A stretch of 64,000 nucleotides of DNA from the NCBI GenBank assembly GCA_016176465.1, contig JACOXD010000005.1, positions 3,741-67,740 of the forward strand, given 5' to 3'. Below, piece by piece: positions 9,476 to 18,479 of this stretch; within the stretch, counting starts at the first letter, position 1; every line of letters begins with the position of its first letter. The stretch is from Candidatus Daviesbacteria bacterium (GTDB taxonomy: Bacteria > Patescibacteriota > Microgenomatia > Daviesbacterales > UBA10151). The notes under the pieces are model-generated. The model was not told where the DNA came from and ran no database searches. It saw only the letters and a program-made list of their open reading frames with translations. The position numbers and the translations under genes are program-made.

Positions 9476-10051
9476 ATGAGTGAAGTTTTACGAGAACTTG
9501 GACAAATTAGACCAGAAGATGTGCCGCCTGCAGCCCAAGGAGCAGTTGCTTCTTTATTACTTTTAAGAGGAGATGGGCCTGCCGATCCCACTACAGCCAT
9601 AAAAGATGCTCTTTTCCCTGGATGGCGACGCTACCAGGGACGCAAAGATCTTTCGCCGGATTTACTTCCAAGGTATCGAGTGTATTGTGACATACCACAA
9701 CAAGTCCATCTTGCAGAAGTACTAAAACCAAACATTGGTCACGTAGAAATAGTTCTTAAACAGCCACCTCAAGAAAGTGAGGCTCAAACAGTGCATCCTT
9801 CCATGGAAAGGTTGAGGAATATCACATCAAGTCATGGTGCAGAGCTAGCATTTGCTGGCTTTACAGCTGCTATATATGGTTCAGTACTGATCGTAAATAA
9901 TGCCTTTGCTGGCGCTATACTTCGCGGGTACATAACTCAGAACCCTGCAGTAATGAATGAGGCTATGCTTGAAAATTATATAGGATTGGGGTTAATTGCA
10001 GCTGGAGCAGCAACAGCGGCAATCATAGGTGCAGTTCAGAGTAGAAAATAG
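9476..10051 (+). CDS. hypothetical protein with a C-terminal double-TM anchor; GC-rich
   Basis: 191 aa. The soluble N-terminal part is followed by a hydrophobic tail (…GLGLIAAGAATAAIIGAV). G+C is visibly about 10 points above the flanking genes. Confidence 0.45.
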   Translation: MSEVLRELGQIRPEDVPPAAQGAVASLLLLRGDGPADPTTAIKDALFPGWRRYQGRKDLSPDLLPRYRVYCDIPQQVHLAEVLKPNIGHVEIVLKQPPQESEAQTVHPSMERLRNITSSHGAELAFAGFTAAIYGSVLIVNNAFAGAILRGYITQNPAVMNEAMLENYIGLGLIAAGAATAAIIGAVQSRK

Positions 10052-10108
10052 AGTAGCTGTTTTAGAAATATATTTAAAAACTTTTATGGGGGGCAAGGAC
10101 AACGGCCA

Positions 10109-10528
10109 TTACCTTCGTGGTGATCTACCTGTAGTAGTTTTCCTCGGGGGAGGTAAAATTGCATTTCTCATTTGCATTAAAGGTTTAAGATGAGTCTCAT
10201 CCTGGGTTGTTAGCCAATCAAAAACATCTGGATATTTCTTTTCAACCCAATTCATATATATACTAATTTTACTTAGAGCCTCTTTTAATGGCCTTCTTCC
10301 TGAAGCAGCCTGATGCATATATGTTTCAATTCTAGCTGGAACTCTAATCCAGGGATCTGTGATGTCTCTTTGGGTGACAACATCAAGGAGATCTCCGTAT
10401 GAGCGTACTCCAATTTTATATCTACTTCTGAAAGTCCGTATTGGTAACGAAGTATCTGATGTCTCTCCTGCCCCATTACCTAGTGATTCTGTTCTAGCTT
10501 CTGCTGCCTCTCTTGTCATATAGTACAT
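10109..10528 (-). CDS. hypothetical protein (139 aa), GC-rich, convergent with 9476..10051
   Basis: Protein-like composition. The nested ORF 10285..10476 is rejected as a shadow. Confidence 0.4.
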   Translation of the reverse strand: MYYMTREAAEARTESLGNGAGETSDTSLPIRTFRSRYKIGVRSYGDLLDVVTQRDITDPWIRVPARIETYMHQAASGRRPLKEALSKISIYMNWVEKKYPDVFDWLTTQDETHLKPLMQMRNAILPPPRKTTTGRSPRR

Positions 10529-10575
10529 GCGAGCATCATCCTAGCAGAACCAGAAACTAAAAGCAATAGTTTATC

Positions 10576-13140
10576 TTATAGTGCTACAGTTACCCCTATA
10601 GAGGAAGAAAAGGAAGCTCCATTATTATCCTCTAAAGTTACAGTTATTGTATGAGACCCTTTATCTCCCTCAGGAAATTCTACATGAAGGGCAAATGGCT
10701 GGGAAGTTTGGGTTGCCTTTTGAGCTCCATCTATTGCCCAGGTGACTTTTTTAACACCATTTGGTGAATTAGTTCCTGCTAATACATCAAACACTCTTGG
10801 AACATTTGCACCATTACTTACATTAATTATAGAAATGATACCACCAGTAGCGCCAGCTCCAGAAAACCCCGGGATTCCTGCACATCCCTTAGTTGCTCCA
10901 ACTAATTTGGCATCTGGGGCAGTTAATACCCACGCATCTATTCCAGCCTGCCATTTATCAGCACCTGTTGGATCATCCTCCTTTAATACTATGACGTCTT
11001 TATCTTCTGAATCTTCTCCATCATTTGCCAATCTGTGAGGATTTACCTTACAAACTTTGGCCTTCTGATAAGCGTTTGACTGAGAGTTTGGCTCTGTTCC
11101 TTTAACAAAATATTCTTTCCTTTGAGGTGATCCATCCTTAGGTTGCCCTCCCATTAGGCCATCTATATCTACATAGGATAAATTCCCCGGTTGATTTAAT
11201 CTTTCATCCTCTTTTTCTTTTAATGCCTCTAGAATAATTTTTTGCCAGATTGGGGAGGCTCCTGTTATACCAGAAGCAATAGCCGGGTTCATTGGAGTAT
11301 TATTATTATTTCCTACCCACACCCCTACAACAGTACTTTGCGTAAAACCAATGGTCCAATTATCTTTTTTCAAATCTGTTGTTCCTGTTTTGACAGAGAC
11401 TGTTTTACCAGGAATATTTAATATTGAGTTTGAACCAAAAGCAGCTGAGCGAGCACCATTATCAGCCAAAATATTAGCAATAATAAAAGATATTCCCTCA
11501 TCCAAAACTCTAACTCCGTCACCTTTAGGTGCCTCATAAATTATCTTGCCTTTTGAATCAGTAACTTTTAGAATTGGGTTTGGGTCTTGTCTTTTACCAC
11601 TATTAGCAAAAACTCCAAAAGCACCTGTTAAATCAAGCAACCTTAGCTCTCTTCCACCTAAAGGTAGGGATAGTCCAACAGAATTAACATTTTCATCAGT
11701 TGGCTCCCAGTTAGCAATTCCCATTTTAAACCCAAGCTCCAAGATGTTTTTAACTCCAACCAAAGCTGCCATTTTAACTGCAGGGATATTATATGAGTTT
11801 CCCAAAGCATATCTAACTTGGGTAGGACCATGGAATTGCCCATCATAATTAACAGGAATGTAATTTGGTTTATCTCCTCCTGGAAACTCGGTTTTTGCAT
11901 CCATTAACAAAGTAGCAGCTGTATATCCTTTTTGCATCCCAGCTGCATAAGCAATAGGTTTGGAGGCGGATCCAGGTTGCCTTAGTGAGGTTGCAGCATT
12001 AACATTTGGCTCAAAAACGCAAGTTAAACCTTCAATACAACCCTCTGGTTCTGATTTAGCAAAGTAATCTTTAGATCCAACCATAGCTAGAATCTGACCT
12101 GTTTTAGGATCTAAGACTAGCGCAGCGCCGTTACCTACTTTATAATCTTTTAGTTTCGAAACCTCATCCGCCACTATTTTTTGAGCTTTTTCCTGAAGCT
12201 TATAATCCAAAGAAGTAGTTACTTTTAATCCACCTTTCTCTACAGTGCTCTCCGGAAAAAGATCAGTTAATATTTTTTTGACATACAAAACAAAGTGTGG
12301 GGCTTTGAAACCTAACTCGTTTGTCGTAGTTCTATAAGACAGCGGTGTTTTATAAGCATCATCAGCTTCCTTTTGGGTAATGTATTTATCATCTACCATT
12401 CGTCTCAAAACCTGCTCCTGGCGAACTTTAGCCAATTCAGGATTAGATCCATAAGGGGAATACACTGAAGGACGCTGTGGTAATCCGGCAAGTAAAGATG
12501 CTTCTGCTAAGTTCAGATCCTTCGCATGCTTGCCAAAATATAAATTGGCTGCTGCTTCTATTCCATAAGCTGTTCCACCATATGGAATTTCATTTAAATA
12601 CATCTCTAAAATTTGATCTTTAGGAAATGTTCTCTCAACCTGAATAGCCAGGATAAGTTCCTTAATTTTTCGCACCACTGATTGATCTGCTGTAAGCAAT
12701 GCATTTTTAACTAACTGTTGTGTGAGCGTTGATCCTCCTCCTTCGACTCGTCTATAGATGATTAGTTTAAAAAAGGATCTACTAATACCAAAAATATCAA
12801 ACCCGCCGTGCTTATAAAAATCTTTATCTTCAATAGCAATTGTGGCTTTTTTTACCGAATCAGGAATCTCGCTTAAGGGAATCGCTGTCCTATTTTGGTT
12901 TTGAAAAATATCATAAAGTAACTCTCCATCCCTATCAAAAATTTTAGTAGACTGGGCAACAAATCTATTTTGCAAATCTGTGGGTGAGGGAACTTGAGTA
13001 AAGAAAAAAATAACAACTGCAAAGACTCCTAATATTCCTATTAGGAGTAAAAATAAGGCAAAAGTAGAAAGATGGGATAATATTTTTACTTTTCTTAAAC
13101 CTGAGTAGTCAGGATATCTTCTTAGTCTTTTAAAAGACAT
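10576..13140 (-). CDS. class A penicillin-binding protein (glycosyltransferase GT51 + transpeptidase) with a C-terminal extension
   Basis: N-terminal TM helix, EDKDFYKHGGFD and GGSTLTQQL (GT51), SxxK/KTG transpeptidase region, and an extra C-terminal domain of about 150 aa. Confidence 0.85.
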   Translation of the reverse strand: MSFKRLRRYPDYSGLRKVKILSHLSTFALFLLLIGILGVFAVVIFFFTQVPSPTDLQNRFVAQSTKIFDRDGELLYDIFQNQNRTAIPLSEIPDSVKKATIAIEDKDFYKHGGFDIFGISRSFFKLIIYRRVEGGGSTLTQQLVKNALLTADQSVVRKIKELILAIQVERTFPKDQILEMYLNEIPYGGTAYGIEAAANLYFGKHAKDLNLAEASLLAGLPQRPSVYSPYGSNPELAKVRQEQVLRRMVDDKYITQKEADDAYKTPLSYRTTTNELGFKAPHFVLYVKKILTDLFPESTVEKGGLKVTTSLDYKLQEKAQKIVADEVSKLKDYKVGNGAALVLDPKTGQILAMVGSKDYFAKSEPEGCIEGLTCVFEPNVNAATSLRQPGSASKPIAYAAGMQKGYTAATLLMDAKTEFPGGDKPNYIPVNYDGQFHGPTQVRYALGNSYNIPAVKMAALVGVKNILELGFKMGIANWEPTDENVNSVGLSLPLGGRELRLLDLTGAFGVFANSGKRQDPNPILKVTDSKGKIIYEAPKGDGVRVLDEGISFIIANILADNGARSAAFGSNSILNIPGKTVSVKTGTTDLKKDNWTIGFTQSTVVGVWVGNNNNTPMNPAIASGITGASPIWQKIILEALKEKEDERLNQPGNLSYVDIDGLMGGQPKDGSPQRKEYFVKGTEPNSQSNAYQKAKVCKVNPHRLANDGEDSEDKDVIVLKEDDPTGADKWQAGIDAWVLTAPDAKLVGATKGCAGIPGFSGAGATGGIISIINVSNGANVPRVFDVLAGTNSPNGVKKVTWAIDGAQKATQTSQPFALHVEFPEGDKGSHTITVTLEDNNGASFSSSIGVTVAL

Positions 13141-13222
13141 ATTATTTTCTAATTATATGAGATTTTCTATCTTGTTTCCAATCAGGGGCTTTGTTAAAGT
13201 GGAAATATGATAATATTAGCCT

Positions 13223-13498
13223 ATGAATAAGCTAATTACCCAGGATCCAGATATATTGGGCGGGAAGCCCATTATAAAAGGAACTAGGATGTCTGTGGAA
13301 TCAATTCTAGAGCTTTTAGCGTCGGGGATGGAGATTAATGAGATATTAGAAGATTACCCTATCCTAAAAAAAGAGCATGTTTTGGCTGCTATTAAGTATG
13401 CCTCAAAGCTAGTAGGAAAAACCGAGAGCTATCTTTTTAACACTGCTAAGACTGCTAACTCACAAGCCACAGCACATGAAGTTTCTCGCAGACGTTAA
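13223..13498 (+). CDS. DUF433-family antitoxin-like protein
   Basis: …ILGGKPIIKGTRMSVESILELLASG… is the DUF433 signature. It overlaps the downstream DUF5615 gene. Confidence 0.7.
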   Translation: MNKLITQDPDILGGKPIIKGTRMSVESILELLASGMEINEILEDYPILKKEHVLAAIKYASKLVGKTESYLFNTAKTANSQATAHEVSRRR

Positions 13499-13835
13499 TA
13501 TCCCACTCCCTCTAATTAATTTACTTAGGAAAAATGGTCATGAAGTCTGTGATGCCAAAGTAGAGTATCCTAAAGCTAAAGATATTCAACTTATCAAGAT
13601 TGCAAAAGAGAATAATCTGGTTATTTTAACCAGGGATAAGGACTTTCTCGAACTTACTAAATACCCTAAGTATAAAATTCCCTTAATTGCAATCCGTCTT
13701 ACCAATCAGCAAACTATTAATATATTGGGTCATCTAGAGGATTTACTGAACAATCAATCTGAAGATATATTAATGCACTCTATAACTGTAATAAATGAGG
13801 CGATTGCTGACTCCTTCCCACTTGAAGAAAAATAA
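13476..13835 (+). CDS. DUF5615 (PIN-like / Mut7-C) toxin-like protein
   Basis: …ILTRDKDF… core. This is the conserved partner of DUF433 in predicted type II TA pairs. Confidence 0.65.
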   Translation: MKFLADVNIPLPLINLLRKNGHEVCDAKVEYPKAKDIQLIKIAKENNLVILTRDKDFLELTKYPKYKIPLIAIRLTNQQTINILGHLEDLLNNQSEDILMHSITVINEAIADSFPLEEK

Positions 13836-13837
13836 AG

Positions 13838-13910
13838 TCCAAGGCCCAAGAGTCGAACTTGGCTAAACTGGTTTTACAGACCAGCGCATCAACCGCTCTG
13901 CCAGCCTTGG
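13838..13910 (-). tRNA. tRNA-Tyr (anticodon GUA), class-I architecture with C1:G72
   Basis: Hand fold of the minus strand. Acceptor CCAAGGC/GCCTTGG, anticodon stem CTGGT/ACCAG with loop CTGTAAA, 5-nt variable loop, T-arm CCAAG-TTCGACT-CTTGG, discriminator A. Confidence 0.6.
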
Positions 13911-13950
13911 GTTAACAGATGTAAATTATACCAATATTAATGTTGTGTTT

Positions 13951-15108
13951 CTAGCTATGCGCCTTAAAAATTCTCCAATAGATAAATAAGATTATAAATT
14001 GTAAAAGATTAATCATGATTAAAGCTTGGGCAGGAGTTAATTTATCTGCTACTAACCCAACTATTGGCGCAAAACCAGCAAAAAATAAACTCCCAGCTAA
14101 AGAATTTAGCGACGCCATAGTTGCCCTTTGTTCTTGCGTAAACTCCTTTTGCATTAAAGCATTTTTAGAGACTTGAGCAACACCATAAAAAATTGATGTA
14201 GTAGACATTAGAGCAGGAGAAACAATACTTGGAAAAAGCAAAGCAGTTAAATTAGCTAATCTTGAGTAAAGGTTAGCAGATATCAACATTTTAATTTCAG
14301 AAAACTTTTTTATAAGGAAACCACTAAAGACAAAGCTAAGTGTTGCTCCTACATAAGATCCTACTTTGGCAAAACCTATTGCCCAAATTGGCCAAACAGT
14401 TTGGTAAAAAGCAGATTGGAAATGGAAAGCAGACTCTCCAAATCCTTCTGCTAAAATTGCAGATAAACTAAGCAGCCTTAATTTTTTATTAGTTATAAAT
14501 AATTTAATGGCCTGTTTTAGGTGACTGTAAATATTTCCTGTTTCCTTCTTAATAACTTGTGGTTCTATTAAAAATAAGCTAATTATTAAACAAATAACTT
14601 GGGGAATTACAGATAACCACATTATTAATTGGAAAGAATAACTTCCTAAGATACCTCCAAGTAGTGCTGAGAGTCCTAGAGCAAACTGCCCATAAGCACT
14701 TGTTTTCCCCAAGAACTTAGCATAAGTTTCAGTTTTGTTATCCGCAGCTAAAGTATCATGAAGCAGTGCATTATTATTACCTGAATAAAAGGCCCTAGAC
14801 AGTCCTTCAAAGATGGCCCCAACTGCTAAGATATAAAAATTTCCACCCAAGGCATAAAAAATTGCCATTAAAGTTGCTGCCAAAGCCCCCAAAATTACGG
14901 TTTTTTTCCTGCCGATTTTGTCTGAGTAAATTCCTGTTGGGATTTCAAATATTGCAGATGAAAGTTGGACCAGAGAAAAAACACTCATTCCCAGTAAAAA
15001 AGAACCTGTTACCTCTGCAAAATATAAAATTGCAAAGGCAGAATAAAGTTTGAAATCTGTAAAGAAATTAAATAAAGATAGTAAGCGGATATTTCGCTTA
15101 AGTTGCAT
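13951..15108 (-). CDS. MFS-type transporter (12 TM)
   Basis: 385 aa, hydrophobic throughout, with the D-K-I-G-R-K-K motif after TM2 that is typical of MFS. Confidence 0.7.
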   Translation of the reverse strand: MQLKRNIRLLSLFNFFTDFKLYSAFAILYFAEVTGSFLLGMSVFSLVQLSSAIFEIPTGIYSDKIGRKKTVILGALAATLMAIFYALGGNFYILAVGAIFEGLSRAFYSGNNNALLHDTLAADNKTETYAKFLGKTSAYGQFALGLSALLGGILGSYSFQLIMWLSVIPQVICLIISLFLIEPQVIKKETGNIYSHLKQAIKLFITNKKLRLLSLSAILAEGFGESAFHFQSAFYQTVWPIWAIGFAKVGSYVGATLSFVFSGFLIKKFSEIKMLISANLYSRLANLTALLFPSIVSPALMSTTSIFYGVAQVSKNALMQKEFTQEQRATMASLNSLAGSLFFAGFAPIVGLVADKLTPAQALIMINLLQFIILFIYWRIFKAHS

Positions 15109-15151
15109 GAATCAATAATAGCAAGCAAACTAGAGAATTAGTAGGAGAAAA

Positions 15152-15631
15152 TTAAGATTCTAAGTTACCACAAGCAACGTAAGTTTTAATATCAGCAGCT
15201 GATTTGTGAACATTAACAGCTAATGGAAGTTCGGATAAAAGCTTGGTTAAAGTTGTATTAAGGGTGGTTTCGGATTTGCCATCAACCACATTGGTTAGCG
15301 GATATTTAACATCCCCAGGTGTTGGGCAAGCACCAATATGGATATGTGCAGGTTGAGATACACCTTTTGGGACATTAGAAAGATCCACTGAAACTTTTAC
15401 TTTCCCATTTTCCTCAAGCAACATAACTGTCCCTGACTGAGAAGATTCATTTTGTTCATCCAAATCTATAACCATCTCTAGCTGTGCAGAAGGTGAGGGG
15501 GTGGGGGTAGTAGAAATTAATGGTGTGGGAGAAGCTTGAGTTCCTAAAAAGTTTGGACTCCTAGCTAACAAAAAGACACCCAATAATGCAATAATAATAA
15601 TTATTGCAATTATGATCCAAGGCTGTTTCAT
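15152..15631 (-). CDS. secreted protein, possibly CHRD-domain
   Basis: Signal/TM N-terminus followed by …PAHIHIGACPTPGDV…, which resembles the CHRD-domain motif. Confidence 0.4.
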   Translation of the reverse strand: MKQPWIIIAIIIIIALLGVFLLARSPNFLGTQASPTPLISTTPTPSPSAQLEMVIDLDEQNESSQSGTVMLLEENGKVKVSVDLSNVPKGVSQPAHIHIGACPTPGDVKYPLTNVVDGKSETTLNTTLTKLLSELPLAVNVHKSAADIKTYVACGNLES

Positions 15632-15673
15632 TCACCCTACAATACTATTACACAATATTAATTGTCAATAGGA

Positions 15674-16093
15674 TCAATAGTTTTTGCGGTGTCTTCTTTT
15701 AATTTTAAGTTGGGCTGCTGACTTTTCTATAATTGCCAATGTAGTTGCATATTCTTCATCAGATAAGGTTTGTTTTTGTTTTAATGCTTCCTGAGCGCGT
15801 TTTAATGCTTCCTCAACCGCTTTCTCATTTATATTTTCCTCAGAAACTGCCAAATCAGTCATGATAGTTAAGTTATTATCAACCATCTGTAAAAACCCAC
15901 CTCCTGATGCTAATCTATCCTCTTTGGAGCCTTTTTTAATTCTAAGCTCGCCAGGGGAAAGTCTGGCCATTAAATTAGCATGATGGGGAAGTATGCCCAA
16001 TTCCCCCTCGGAGGTTTGGACATTTACCGCCTCTACATCCTCTTCTAAAAATAATTGTTCAGGAGTCACAATTTTTAAATGCAGCGTTGCCAT
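15674..16093 (-). CDS. atpC: F0F1 ATP synthase epsilon subunit
   Basis: 139 aa, MATLHLKIVTPEQ…GILPHHANL… Separated from atpD by 3.8 kb of inserted DNA. Confidence 0.8.
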   Translation of the reverse strand: MATLHLKIVTPEQLFLEEDVEAVNVQTSEGELGILPHHANLMARLSPGELRIKKGSKEDRLASGGGFLQMVDNNLTIMTDLAVSEENINEKAVEEALKRAQEALKQKQTLSDEEYATTLAIIEKSAAQLKIKRRHRKNY

Positions 16094-16147
16094 ATTTATT
16101 TGCTATTATACAAGATTAAATAATCACTTCAAAATATTCATTAACAA

Positions 16148-16182
16148 TCCCTAGGTGTCTAGCTATTCCACCTCCCAGGTGG
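16148..16182. repeat. family-3 repeat TCCCTAGGTGTCTAGCTA…CCCAGGTGG (second copy at 46747)
   Basis: About 35 nt, roughly 85% identical to 46747-46782. Both copies lie just 3' of converging genes. Confidence 0.6.
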
Positions 16183-16245
16183 AAGAAGTGGAAGACATAT
16201 CAGTAATCTTGAGAAAGATGTTTTATTTGTAGTAACATTGCGCTT

Positions 16246-16611
16246 ATGGAAAACCATCAAGCAGAGGCAATAGTGGTAACTTGCATAGATTTTAGGTTGC
16301 AAGAATATATAAATGAGTGGTTATCTCAAAAATTTAGCGCTAAAACTTTTGACAGGGTTGCTTTTGCTGGTGGAGTTAAAAACATAGATACAATCTTAAC
16401 TCAAATTGAAATTGCCAATAAATTACATCATATTAAAAAAGCAGTATTAATAAACCATGAAGACTGTGGGGCTTATGGAGAATTGGGGACAGTAAAAAAA
16501 CATACCCAGGATTTAAGGAATGCTGCAGCAAAAATTAAAGAGCAATTTCCTAATTTAGAAGTAGACACTTATTATCTTCACCTTGATGGAAGGTTTGAAC
16601 CTATAACCTAA
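16246..16611 (+). CDS. small beta-carbonic-anhydrase-like protein (CxDxR … HxxC motifs)
   Basis: CIDFR at residue 13 and HEDCG at residue 71. At 121 aa it is much shorter than canonical beta-CAs. Confidence 0.35.
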   Translation: MENHQAEAIVVTCIDFRLQEYINEWLSQKFSAKTFDRVAFAGGVKNIDTILTQIEIANKLHHIKKAVLINHEDCGAYGELGTVKKHTQDLRNAAAKIKEQFPNLEVDTYYLHLDGRFEPIT

Positions 16612-16643
16612 CTTCTTAAGAATAAATATTTAAAATACCTAAG

Positions 16644-16958
16644 ATGAACCTTAAAAAATACTTAATAGAAAAAAGTAAAACTCACCTAATTTTTGATTTT
16701 GATGAGACCCTAATTTATCTTCAACTTCCTTGGTATAGATGGGAAGAGAGGATTAAAAAGGAACTAATAAGCATGGATAAAAGTATCTATCAGGAATATA
16801 AGAAAAGAAAAATTACCCTCTCAGAGTTAATGAATAAATATGTAGAAAAATTTGGAGTAAAATCAAGAGATTTATTTATAAAAAATGCTAAAAGTTTTGA
16901 GAATGCAAATTTGGAAGGTATATTACTTTATAAAGATGGGAGAGGTTTCCAAAGATGA
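16644..16958 (+). pseudogene. N-terminal fragment of a HAD-superfamily hydrolase
   Basis: HAD motif I (HLIFDFDETL) in a 104-aa ORF that stops early and is followed by 190 bp of non-coding DNA. Confidence 0.4.
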
Positions 16959-17148
16959 GGTATTTTAAAGTTAGGCCTAGATGGATTAGATATTCTGATT
17001 TAAGGGTTCATCCATGGAAAGAAGTAGAAATAAAAAATTTCTAAAAAGAAAGTTAAAGCGTTTAGTAGGAACCTGCAATGAATCTACAATTTCAGGATTG
17101 GAAACTAATTGACTAAGTTTTTATTTTTGCACTTAAATTATATATAAT

Positions 17149-17694
17149 TTGAGAATGTCATCTGAACAATTCTTTAGTTATGAAGAGGTCCTTGAAACAT
17201 ATCCTCACCTGAGAGAGTGGTTTGAAACTAATAATATTACTCAATTAAGAGGTACAGAAAGACTCCCTTCAGCAGATGAAAAAATAGAAAGGCTTGGAGG
17301 CTTAGAAAGCGTTAGATCAAATCTGGAAAAGTCTTTTGAAAGAGCTGGACCAATCCCAGGGATTTTGCAGGCTTGCAGATTTACTCCTATGGTTGGCATA
17401 GAGATTATCCGGTTTTTTGAAATACTTGGTAAAAAATTAGATCCATCTGCATTATGGTATTCAGTCATGAGAATTGAAGAAGATAAGCATGATGAAATTG
17501 GATCTTTGGAAATGGTAGAAGGTTTAACTTTAATCCTAAGACTTCCAGCAAGAAGTGATCGATGGAGAATTGTAGAACGAACAGGTTTATTAACTGTATA
17601 TGGTGGCCTACGTGTTAGAGACCCAAGATTAACTGAGTTAAGAAGAGTCCCTAGACTTTCTTTATTCCCAAAACCTGCAACCACTGCAGCATAG
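17149..17694 (+). CDS. hypothetical protein (181 aa)
   Basis: Preferred over the fully overlapping antisense ORF 17241..17717, which is S/L-rich with low complexity. Confidence 0.45.
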   Translation: MRMSSEQFFSYEEVLETYPHLREWFETNNITQLRGTERLPSADEKIERLGGLESVRSNLEKSFERAGPIPGILQACRFTPMVGIEIIRFFEILGKKLDPSALWYSVMRIEEDKHDEIGSLEMVEGLTLILRLPARSDRWRIVERTGLLTVYGGLRVRDPRLTELRRVPRLSLFPKPATTAA

Positions 17695-17759
17695 TTAAGC
17701 TTGCAATTTTTTTTCACAAAAATCAGATTCCACTTAAGTTGCTTTGCGATAATTAACTT

Positions 17760-18059
17760 ATGGGTGAAACAGTTTCCTTACCTCAAAGTCGGGGATTGCT
17801 TTCAAGAGTGTTAATAGCAAGAATAGCCACACTGGGTGGAAGCTTTGTTGCAGGCCTCGAAATGGGACCTGATGCAGCAAGAATTCTAGAAGAAAGTGGC
17901 ATAGATCTTTATGAACAAAGACCACCCTTTGAGATCACTCCGGAGCAAATTATTCAGGCGGTGAGAGAAGGGAAATTAATAACCCACTTTCCAACTGTGG
18001 AAGACTATACAAGCAACGCTAATAATTCTAGATTTAACTCTTTACCAAGACTACAATAA
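17760..18059 (+). CDS. hypothetical protein (99 aa)
   Basis: Reasonable composition. No recognisable motif. Confidence 0.35.
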   Translation: MGETVSLPQSRGLLSRVLIARIATLGGSFVAGLEMGPDAARILEESGIDLYEQRPPFEITPEQIIQAVREGKLITHFPTVEDYTSNANNSRFNSLPRLQ

Positions 18060-18095
18060 AAATGAAAACTTTCTCAAATAATCACTTAAACCTTA

Positions 18096-18146
18096 CCTAA
18101 ATCCTCAACTCCACCTATCATATAGAAAGCTTGTTCTAGTTTGAAG
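18096..18146. repeat. duplicated copy of the atpD 3' end (pseudo-terminus)
   Basis: 18098-18150 matches 19889-19941. 27/27 nt are identical (TAAATCCTCAACTCCACCTATCATATA) and about 45/51 overall. On the minus strand it reads …[18 protein letters not shown] versus the genuine atpD C-terminus …[19 protein letters not shown]. Confidence 0.75.
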
Positions 18147-18155
18147 TTTTTAACT

Positions 18156-18479
18156 TTAATCTCTAATCCTAGTAAACTTCCTTTTAAAATCTTTACCTGA
18201 TTTTAATTCTCTTAAGAGCACTTTCTTTTTATTTTCTACTGACTCATCTTTTAGGCGAAGAAGTATCACGCCTTCATGAACTAACTTTTCTTTGAAAACT
18301 AGCTCACCAAAATCTTTATCTGAAGTTACAAGAATTCTATTTTCTTTATTTGCTAAATTTAAAATATCAATATCAGGTTTGCTAAGAGCTACTTCTGTTG
18401 CAGAGATAACATCATAACCTAAACTCCTTAAAAACTCGGGTACTTTAACTCCTAAATTTTCATCTGTTATGAATCTCAT
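18156..18479 (-). CDS. DUF5615 (PIN-like) toxin-like protein; probable start at the internal Met (MRFITDENLG…)
   Basis: ITDENLG…VTSDKDFGEL… is the DUF5615 core. The ORF track extends to 18530, but the upstream part overlaps the DUF433 partner gene. Confidence 0.65.
   Translation of the reverse strand: MRFITDENLGVKVPEFLRSLGYDVISATEVALSKPDIDILNLANKENRILVTSDKDFGELVFKEKLVHEGVILLRLKDESVENKKKVLLRELKSGKDFKRKFTRIRD

Noticed and set aside
17241-17717. 158-aa minus-strand ORF fully overlapping 17149..17694
   Set aside because: S/L/P-rich low-complexity translation typical of an antisense shadow. The plus-strand frame has more protein-like composition.
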